From a virus, in IMG/VR virus record IMGVR_UViG_3300020030_000065, positions 1-6,075 of that record: a stretch of DNA of 6,075 bases; one strand, written 5' to 3'. The number at the start of each line of letters is the position of its first letter. Within the stretch, counting starts at the first letter, position 1. The notes under the pieces are model-generated. The model was not told the origin of the DNA and did no database searches. It saw only the letters and a list, made by a program, of their open reading frames with translations. The position numbers and the translations under genes are program-made. Shown here piece after piece: positions 1-5,599 of the stretch.

Positions 1-121
1 AATAGCCGATACAACTTATTAATATAAGATTTAATATCGACATCAGAAGAACTGTTACAGAGCCGAGTAAGGCACCGAGCATTATGTAATATAATTTCGT
101 CTTCATTGGTTAGGTGATGAT
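1..121. repeat. Terminal redundancy, left copy (identical to 5955-6075); signature of a circular 5,954-nt genome linearised with overlap
   Basis: Base-by-base comparison shows 1-121 equals 5955-6075 with no mismatch. The VP4 reading frame continues seamlessly from base 1 to base 5954. Confidence 0.98.
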
Positions 122-1325
122 TTAATGTAAGATACTGATAATAAGCACGAGTCACAGAAAGAATAGAATCGGAATCATAATCTATAATACCGAACCTTGC
201 CATTCTTTTCGGCGCGTCTGCAACAGCTCGAATAATTCTAGCAATCGCAACAGCATCGTCATAGCGAGCACTTGGGAATCGGGGCAATAAGGTACGGATA
301 TACGACATGGGGGGAGTTGATTTAACACTAATTCCATTGAAGTTATAGATTCGTCCATTAATGACAGAATCGATTTTTTGCTCGATCGCGTGATAAGGGT
401 CTTCATTCTGGTCGAAAACCTCACCCTTTTCAAAGAATCCAAGAGACGCTCTTTGCCTGGGTCTAAATGCGCGGCATGATCGATATAATAGGGGAGCAGA
501 ACTAAGGCTGTTAACGTAACTCGCAACGTACGAAGCAGCTCCACCGCGGGCAAGCTGGAAATCTGTACGACCGAGTTTCCAACTCTTATCGTGACACTGT
601 CGTAATACCTCTGAGACTTCTCTCGAGTTCGTGAATAATAAGATATGATAATGCGGGCGGAAATGGACTGGGGCATATTCACCCACAGCGTAGAAATGTA
701 GCGATTCATAAGTACCCAATTGTTGAAATAAATGTTTACGTAATCGTTTAATATAGTTCTGAACATCAACATAATTTAAGAATGGTATAAGGTTATTAAT
801 ACCATATTGTTCAGCAGCGGGATATACCGAATTGTCGACGGCCTGCGATTTATGGATAAAACTACGAATAGCATCCATACTAAGAAACCAATTGTCCTTA
901 GCAGGAACATATTTCTTAATTTCACGGTCATACGGCACCGTGCCTTGAACCTGCGTGAAGAATATATGACGCAATTGGGAAGAATCCTCAGGTTGATACT
1001 CAGAAACAGGGATATAAGAGTGGCATTCATAACCGAATACTTTATCTCCTGAAATGCTTAGAGTGTCTTCATAATCACTATGCAGAACCTCACAATTCAT
1101 CAGAGGGATATGTTCATTAGCATAAGTAAGCGTCACAAAATAAGAATACTTGAAAGCACTTCCAGCGGTCTTCACGCGCATGGACGCTTTTTTAGAACGC
1201 TTATGAATACAGTAATCACATTGACCGCAATCTACGGCAATACGTGCACCAGTGTAACGATTAGTTATGAAAGAACGATGCTGACAATGATCGACAGCTT
1301 TAAGCAAATCAGGAGTAAATTTCAT
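1..1325 (-). CDS. VP4: Microviridae replication initiation protein VP4 (rolling-circle HUH endonuclease), 5' part (codons 1-441 plus 2 nt). Continues circularly into 5954..5600; full length 559 aa.
   Basis: Hand translation of the minus strand from ATG 1325-1323 gives MKFTPDLLKAVDHCQHRSFITNRYTGARIAVDCGQCDYCIHKRSKKASMRVKTAGSAFKYSYFVTLTYANEH... with no stop down to base 1. RCR motif I is FVTLTY (1139-1122). Motif II is HFRPHYHILLF (HYH codons 653-645). Motif III is the paired tyrosines in GGAASYVASYVNS (Tyr codons 530-528 and 518-516), resembling the phiX174 protein A YVAKYVNK. Strong NNT codon preference is shared with the other genes. The ORF is absent from the supplied track only because it has no stop inside the window on this side. 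Confidence 0.95.
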   Translation of the reverse strand, partial: MKFTPDLLKAVDHCQHRSFITNRYTGARIAVDCGQCDYCIHKRSKKASMRVKTAGSAFKYSYFVTLTYANEHIPLMNCEVLHSDYEDTLSISGDKVFGYECHSYIPVSEYQPEDSSQLRHIFFTQVQGTVPYDREIKKYVPAKDNWFLSMDAIRSFIHKSQAVDNSVYPAAEQYGINNLIPFLNYVDVQNYIKRLRKHLFQQLGTYESLHFYAVGEYAPVHFRPHYHILLFTNSREVSEVLRQCHDKSWKLGRTDFQLARGGAASYVASYVNSLSSAPLLYRSCRAFRPRQRASLGFFEKGEVFDQNEDPYHAIEQKIDSVINGRIYNFNGISVKSTPPMSYIRTLLPRFPSARYDDAVAIARIIRAVADAPKRMARFGIIDYDSDSILSVTRAYYQYLTLNHHLTNEDEIILHNARCLTRLCNSSSDVDIKSYINKLYRL

Positions 1326-1327
1326 AA

Positions 1328-1636
1328 TTATTTACGTTTATCAATCACTTGGTAGCGATTACGCGGGCCAAATGAAATATGAATAAATGTAGGATAAATA
1401 ATAAGTTGATCAAAACGACACATATTATCAGCATAATTATGGATCATTTCAAGCAGCTTATTGAAACTAGTATTGCCATAAGGTTTAATGTCAATAGCCT
1501 CACCCGTCAAATGCTGAGAATTAGGAACACCATTACAAGCCTTATTCTGTTCCGGAGTACGTCTGGCACTCGTCACAGTGAAATGAACGTTAGAGAACAA
1601 CAGATACTCAAGAAAATGCATAAGAGAATAATTCAT
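1328..1636 (-). CDS. Zinc metallopeptidase, peptidase M15 (M15_3 / VanY-like D-Ala-D-Ala carboxypeptidase fold); probable endolysin
   Basis: 102 aa. The block TSARRTPEQNKACNGVPNSQHLTGEAIDI matches the family signature SGyRxPxxNxxvGGxxxSxHxxGxAxDi. Predicted Zn ligands are His42 (1513-1511), Asp49 (1492-1490) and His86 in TFIHISF (1381-1379). The ATG at 1636 overlaps the upstream stop as ATGA. Codons are NNT-biased. Confidence 0.85.
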   Translation of the reverse strand: MNYSLMHFLEYLLFSNVHFTVTSARRTPEQNKACNGVPNSQHLTGEAIDIKPYGNTSFNKLLEMIHNYADNMCRFDQLIIYPTFIHISFGPRNRYQVIDKRK

Positions 1637-1716
1637 AATCCAATAGCATTAAGAATATAACCAAGAGCAGCGGAAACAGCACCAATTACAATTTTCCAAA
1701 TATTATTACTTTTCAT
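1633..1716 (-). CDS. 27-aa single-pass membrane peptide (MKSNNIWKIVIGAVSAALGYILNAIGL); candidate holin-like or lysis accessory peptide
   Basis: ATG at 1716-1714 and TGA at 1635-1633, overlapping the peptidase start (ATGA). There is one hydrophobic stretch of about 20 residues after a short polar N-terminus (MKSNN, one Lys). The codons show the same strong T-ending bias as the bona fide genes (AGT AAT AAT ATT ... GGT GCT GTT ... CTT GGT TAT ATT CTT AAT GCT ATT). It is the C-terminal part of track ORF 1633..1857. Confidence 0.5.
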   Translation of the reverse strand: MKSNNIWKIVIGAVSAALGYILNAIGL

Positions 1717-1900
1717 CGGCTTGAGTTTTAAGTTCAACAAAATTATTTTCTTCTTTAATCGAATCCACAACAACAATAAGACCCAGCGGAGAAACTCGCT
1801 CAGAATAGTTTCCAAGACCGTCAAGAGAATTGACGATATAAGGCGGTATAACATCACGACCAGTGGTTTTTTCTTTTAAGGAAATAATAAATTTCTGCAT
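1706..1900 (-). CDS. Hypothetical 64-aa protein; first gene after the intergenic region
   Basis: ATG at 1900-1898 and TAA at 1708-1706. Codon usage is T-ending like VP1/VP2/VP4 (GGT CGT GAT GTT ... CCT TAT ... AAT TCT CTT). I recognise no family motif. Confidence 0.6.
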   Translation of the reverse strand: MQKFIISLKEKTTGRDVIPPYIVNSLDGLGNYSERVSPLGLIVVVDSIKEENNFVELKTQADEK

Positions 1901-1950
1901 AATTGTAAGATTTTAATATTAATAAACTAATGAGTTTGGTTTCTACGGAG

Positions 1951-1981
1951 CAAAGGAAAGTATAATTTTTGAATAAACAAA
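1951..1981 (-). promoter_or_regulatory. Candidate Bacteroides-type promoter (-33 TTTG, -7 TAnnTTTG-like) driving the polycistronic transcript
   Basis: The minus strand reads TTTG (1981-1978), then 19 nt, then TTCCTTTG (1958-1951). This is one mismatch from the published Bacteroides -7 consensus TAnnTTTG. It lies about 50 nt upstream of the first ATG (1900), in the AT-rich half of the only intergenic region. Confidence 0.25.
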
Positions 1982-2010
1982 ATATTTCGGAGTTTTTTTT
2001 TATTCTACGG

Positions 2011-2288
2011 TTAGGGTGTGAGTTGTGCGTTTATAGACAAGGGGGGGCCGAATTTGAGATGATAACTCAAATTTCCTCCGGACACAACTAGGGGCTTCGC
2101 TTGAATAACATAGGGGGTATAGGCACGGCAAGTCAAGTCTGTCTTGCCTTTGCGCACCTACGTGCTAAAATACCGGAGCGGAACGCTCCTCTAGGGAAGT
2201 CGCTCCGCTCCATTTTATACCAGGCCCTACGCGGGCGGCGGGTGTATATCGCTCCAGAGCCGCGATGGGCTCTTAGTCCTGAAGAATG
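2011..2288. other. GC-rich, ORF-free, hairpin-dense noncoding island (function unknown; candidates are a complementary-strand origin or a structured RNA)
   Basis: Hand count gives 145 G+C in 2011-2280 (about 54%), versus 32%, 40% and 43% in three 60-nt coding samples. There is no minus-strand ORF. Perfect stems: 2051-2058/2066-2073 (8 bp), enclosed by 2021-2027/2083-2089 (7 bp); 2127-2132/2143-2148 (6 bp, extendable with 2123-2125/2151-2153); 2175-2180/2184-2189 (6 bp); 2256-2261/2268-2273 (6 bp). Confidence 0.8.
2166..2211 (-). terminator. Candidate intrinsic terminator downstream of VP2
   Basis: The minus-strand RNA reads GGAGCGGAGCGACUUCCCUAGAGGAGCGUUCCGCUCC GGUAUUUUAG. A GC-rich hairpin forms either as the short form (2189-2184 with 2180-2175) or the 8-bp long form (2211-2204 with 2182-2175). 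It is followed after 4 nt (GGUA) by a U4 run (2170-2167), about 80-120 nt after the VP2 stop. Confidence 0.3.
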
Positions 2289-3392
2289 CTAGTAACCAAT
2301 ACCATTAGCACCATTATAAATAGTAGTGTTACGAGGGCCGTAATCATTACGGAAAATCTGAGCACCAGGACGCATAGCTCCAATTATATTACCAGCGCCT
2401 TGAAAAATACGAGATGCGTAATCTATAGCATTACGAAGGCCGTAAGAATCAAAATCCTTCTTAGCGTTACCGGCAGACCATCTGTAATAGTCCCGGATAG
2501 CTTTATCCTTAGAATATTGCATATTCTTACGGTTGTTTACATTTTTGTAATCCCATAGAGAATCGTAATATTGCGTATAGTAACCCATATTCGTAGCAGA
2601 TATTAGAGCATCAGCAGTGTCAGAAGCAATTTCATTAGAAATACGCTGACCTTGTGTCTGAGCAGCAATCTGGAGTGCACGCTGAATCTCAGTTTGGACC
2701 TGTTTTTCGGTTAAAGCACCTTGTTGAACAAGATTGTAGAGATACTGAGCTTTTGTAAGAAGATCCGCTTGCTGTTGGGCGTCCATATACTTATTTAATA
2801 TAGCCTGAGCATCAGCCTGTAGGTAAATATGCGATGTCTGAGCCGCAGTCAACTTACCAGCAGCAACAGCATTCTCAAGTTCCTGACGTTCTCTAGACTG
2901 GTCCAATTCAGCAGAAATACGACCAGTATTAGAATCCCAATAACCAGACTCACCAACACCAATATTCTTGTAATTAGTGTCTCCTATAATTTTTTTAGCT
3001 AAGAGGGGGGTAAGAGTCTCAACCTGATTAGACTCAGTAATAGCCTTCCGAGCCTGAGCAAATGTTGCCAATGCAGAATCAATACCAGATAAATCTACAT
3101 GGACACCTTGCATAGCAGGAGTAGAGGGAATAGTAGCCTGAGGAGAAGAACCAGGAGAAGCAGAAGCACCCGCACCAGTCGAACTAACAAATGGATTCAA
3201 ACCGCGGACAATCTGAGCAGCAGGAGAATTGTACTGATTCTGATAATCAACCATATACTTTTGCCATTGCCGAGACAACTGGGCTTCATTCTGGGCAGCT
3301 ACACGGTTCTGTGTAGCGATTAATTCATTTGTCGCATTCGCATTGGACTGCGACATAGAATTAATCATGCTACCCAATATTGAACCAATCAT
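2289..3392 (-). CDS. VP2: Microviridae VP2 (minor capsid / DNA pilot protein, phiX174 H analogue)
   Basis: 367 aa. It has a small-residue N-terminus (MIGSILGSMINSM), then the block ATQNRVAAQNEAQLSRQWQKYMVDYQNQYNSPAAQIVRGLNPF, typical of microvirus VP2/H proteins. The middle is long, Q/A-rich and helical (coiled-coil-like), and the C-terminus is Gly/Asn-rich. The ATG at 3392 overlaps the upstream TGA (ATGA). Its position next to the capsid genes fits. Confidence 0.85.
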   Translation of the reverse strand: MIGSILGSMINSMSQSNANATNELIATQNRVAAQNEAQLSRQWQKYMVDYQNQYNSPAAQIVRGLNPFVSSTGAGASASPGSSPQATIPSTPAMQGVHVDLSGIDSALATFAQARKAITESNQVETLTPLLAKKIIGDTNYKNIGVGESGYWDSNTGRISAELDQSRERQELENAVAAGKLTAAQTSHIYLQADAQAILNKYMDAQQQADLLTKAQYLYNLVQQGALTEKQVQTEIQRALQIAAQTQGQRISNEIASDTADALISATNMGYYTQYYDSLWDYKNVNNRKNMQYSKDKAIRDYYRWSAGNAKKDFDSYGLRNAIDYASRIFQGAGNIIGAMRPGAQIFRNDYGPRNTTIYNGANGIGY

Positions 3393-3832
3393 TGAGCACT
3401 AGAGGCAGATGCGGGATCCGTAGACGGCGCTGCCTTATTCTCTGCCAGCATAGACTCAGCAATAGCGGATAATTCTGACTTCTCGCTAGCCAATTGCCGT
3501 AAAACAGCTTGTCTTTCAGACATCGTCTGACAATGCCGAGAAATGACACAGTCAAACCGTTCCTCATCTGTCATACTATCCATAGTAGTAGACTGAGTAG
3601 GATGCATTTGAGCTAAGATATTATTCACATTCATATCTCCAAGAAGACGACGATACTTCTCCTGGTTAAGGAGAATAGAAGTCATATCCATATACATATA
3701 CGAGCCGTCGGACAATTCCTCCAGCATAACCGAATCATATACACTAGCTTCATAACAGGGATTTCCCTCAATCAATTCAGGAGTAACACTATCCTGTTCA
3801 AACTCAGGATTTACATAAGCAAAATTTCTCAT
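3389..3832 (-). CDS. Acidic 147-aa protein; VP3-like (internal scaffolding candidate) by size, position and composition only
   Basis: The track ORF 3389..3844 begins at a TTG directly abutting the VP1 stop. The first ATG is at 3832-3830 (MRNFAYVNPEF...). The protein is D/E-rich, NNT codon-biased, and coupled to VP2 by an ATGA overlap. I recognise no sequence motif. Confidence 0.7.
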   Translation of the reverse strand: MRNFAYVNPEFEQDSVTPELIEGNPCYEASVYDSVMLEELSDGSYMYMDMTSILLNQEKYRRLLGDMNVNNILAQMHPTQSTTMDSMTDEERFDCVISRHCQTMSERQAVLRQLASEKSELSAIAESMLAENKAAPSTDPASASSAQ

Positions 3833-3844
3833 AACGACACACAA

Positions 3845-5584
3845 TTAATAAGGTAAACCATTTCTATCCAAGTTCTGTACAGCATACACTTGGAAGTTAA
3901 CATTACATAATAACTGGTCATAAGCCACATTATAATTACTAGTAGTAATCTGCGGCTCAAATATAGAATTCAGCTGTTGAGGACGAATCTTAAATGACTG
4001 ATAACTCAATGAAGACTGACCAGAAACCTGAACCTGAGAACCTTGAAGCGGAGCAGCCCAAGACTGATAAGCAGCAGCAGGACGAAATGCACCATGAACC
4101 GTGTCAACAGCAGATTTCCACTGCCAATAGCGAAGATTATAACCAATATTGCCAGTAGGAGAGGACGGACTATTATTAAGCGCCAGAGAAGGAACAGGCT
4201 GCATACCTAACTGGTCGAATGCAGGTTGGGGGAAGTCAGAAACAGACGTACATAGCAACTGAGGATTATGACCTTTAAGCGACCAGTCGAGCAGAGGAAC
4301 AGCATGATAAACACACATAATTACCTGATGCTCAGCACCACAATCATAATTAATAACATGACCAGACTTAGAGTCAACACCTTTACCAGCGATAACAGCT
4401 TGAGAGTTATCAGCAGTCAAGTTAGTATTCAAAACCTCATTAATATTGATAACATTAGACCAACCTCCAATATAGTGGGCATGGTTACCCATGTATTCAG
4501 GGGCTTTAATGCCAAACTGAGCAGCCATCTGGTCTGAATAATCCTTACTACTAAATTGTACTACTTCTTTCCAGCGCTGTAAGTATTCAGTTGCACGGAT
4601 TGAGAGAGCGGATAGGTCAGAGTTAACCTGTAAACCACGAATAGAAGTATAAGCGCTAGAAGTAACAACATTTGTAGTATTAGCAGGATTGTTAACAGCA
4701 GAATTAGTACCACCAATAACACCAGAAGAAGCAATCACGCGGGAAGAAGGCTCAGACGACATTTGAGAAGAAGGCAGAACAGCTACCGAGCCATACTGAG
4801 AAGCGGGAAGCACGCCGAGGAAATAATCCTTAGGATAGTTCGCATAGCGCAACTTAATCATATCGGCAGAAATCTCAACAGAACTCCCGCCGTCCCAATA
4901 ATCGACATTATAAGAATAAGCCAAATGTTTTTCCCACTGAGAATTGGAGAAGAAATCGAAGTAGATTTTCTGATAGGCAAAAATAGGAAGAAGGTTCAAA
5001 TTAATAGAAGTACCGTAAATAAGTGGATTCTGAGAATCCGACAACGAAGTGGTATCAAGACCAAGATACTGCATGGTAATATCTTTCTTTTTAGCATTTC
5101 CAGTACCAATAAATGAACCATAACCAAGCATATCCAATAGCTTACAAGAGCCGTAGGCGAAGCCAAAACCAGCGTCATCAACAGTATTAGCAGTTACACG
5201 AGCCTGGATTTCAGCAGATATATTACCAACCGGAGCATAGGGAACACTAGATAACTGTGATGTATTAGCAGAATTAGAAGCAGCAGAAGTCATATAGTCC
5301 GACATCTGGGTAAATGCCTGTGGGAGCGCACGAGAAATCAGTCGTAACGGCACAGCGTAGAAGTCATAATATTCCTTGATACGCGTATAAGCAGCCGTAT
5401 TCACGGGGACAGTACGGGTAAACCAGTCAGAAGAAATACGATACTTAGTACCAGGAATGGCAATCTGCCAATAGCACGGAAGAATTTCTCCGATTTTTGC
5501 CGTAAACAATTTTTTACTAGACAAATCAAAGGAAGAGCGATGTACGGCAACTCTCGCTCGGTCTAGTGGGTTAAAATCACTCAT
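3845..5584 (-). CDS. VP1: Microviridae major capsid protein VP1 (phiX174 F homologue)
   Basis: 579 aa. The N-terminal block HRSSFDLSSKKLFTAKIGEILPCYWQIAIPGTKY...TRTVPVNTAAYTRIKEYYDFYAVPLRLI and the later LSIRATEYLQRWKE...QFGIKAPEYMGNHAHYIGG are the conserved F/VP1 jelly-roll signatures. ATG at 5584 and TAA at 3847-3845. It is separated from the VP4 stop by 15 nt. Confidence 0.97.
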   Translation of the reverse strand: MSDFNPLDRARVAVHRSSFDLSSKKLFTAKIGEILPCYWQIAIPGTKYRISSDWFTRTVPVNTAAYTRIKEYYDFYAVPLRLISRALPQAFTQMSDYMTSAASNSANTSQLSSVPYAPVGNISAEIQARVTANTVDDAGFGFAYGSCKLLDMLGYGSFIGTGNAKKKDITMQYLGLDTTSLSDSQNPLIYGTSINLNLLPIFAYQKIYFDFFSNSQWEKHLAYSYNVDYWDGGSSVEISADMIKLRYANYPKDYFLGVLPASQYGSVAVLPSSQMSSEPSSRVIASSGVIGGTNSAVNNPANTTNVVTSSAYTSIRGLQVNSDLSALSIRATEYLQRWKEVVQFSSKDYSDQMAAQFGIKAPEYMGNHAHYIGGWSNVININEVLNTNLTADNSQAVIAGKGVDSKSGHVINYDCGAEHQVIMCVYHAVPLLDWSLKGHNPQLLCTSVSDFPQPAFDQLGMQPVPSLALNNSPSSPTGNIGYNLRYWQWKSAVDTVHGAFRPAAAYQSWAAPLQGSQVQVSGQSSLSYQSFKIRPQQLNSIFEPQITTSNYNVAYDQLLCNVNFQVYAVQNLDRNGLPY

Positions 5585-5599
5585 AATTAATAATTTAAA

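Noticed and set aside
807-1355. Plus-strand track ORFs 807..1052 (81 aa) and 1080..1355 (91 aa)
   Set aside because: They are antisense to the motif-verified VP4 frame and their translations are low-complexity, junk-like. In this genome all supported genes are on the minus strand.
1379-1660. Plus-strand ORF of 93 aa
   Set aside because: It is an antisense shadow of the peptidase M15 gene, whose catalytic motif is unambiguous on the minus strand.
1633-1857. Long 74-aa form of the small membrane ORF (GTG 1857 or ATG 1854), which would look like a 3-TM holin
   Set aside because: Its N-terminal two thirds lie in the +1 frame of the 64-aa ORF, which carries the genome-typical NNT codon bias. The hydrophobicity there is what T-rich third positions produce when read off-frame. 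Only the last 27 codons show coding-type codon usage. It is kept as a possibility in the lysis-module finding.
2014-2117. G-tracts (2014-2016, 2041-2047, 2091-2094, 2113-2117) as a G-quadruplex on the + strand, or an i-motif on the virion strand
   Set aside because: Inter-tract spacers are 18-43 nt, far longer than canonical G4 loops. The tracts are better treated as part of the unexplained GC-rich island.
2151-2158. GGTGCGCA on the minus strand, identical to the first 8 nt of the E. coli dif XerC arm. This raised the idea of a Xer-dependent attP, since Bacteroidetes microvirus prophages have been proposed to use Xer recombination.
   Set aside because: The rest of a dif site is missing: there is no 6-nt spacer followed by a TTATGTTAAAT-like XerD arm, and no imperfect palindrome. 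An 8-mer match in a GC-rich patch is weak.
2175-2189. GGAGCG-GAA-CGCTCC hairpin considered as a tRNA T-arm; whole island considered as a tRNA or tmRNA-like gene
   Set aside because: The loop sequence does not fit the TTCRANY T-loop on either strand. I could not build an acceptor/D/anticodon cloverleaf around it.
2101-2292. Plus-strand 63-aa ORF in the intergenic island
   Set aside because: It has a TTG start and is on the opposite strand to every real gene. It lies in GC-rich sequence where stops are rare by composition, and its Arg/Ala/Pro/Gly-rich translation is typical of that artefact.
3833-3844. TTG start (3844) giving a 151-aa version of the VP3-like protein
   Set aside because: The TTG directly abuts the VP1 stop and is only the first permissible alternative start in the track. 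An ATG four codons downstream (3832) is the more conventional start. The difference is 4 residues and remains unresolved without data.
2286-5116. Plus-strand ORFs 2286..2558, 3099..3323, 4268..4537 and 4763..5116, and minus-strand off-frame ORFs 3370..3567 and 4996..5181
   Set aside because: All are nested antisense or off-frame within VP2, the 147-aa gene or VP1. They have no motifs, and composition is explained by the overlapping real frames.
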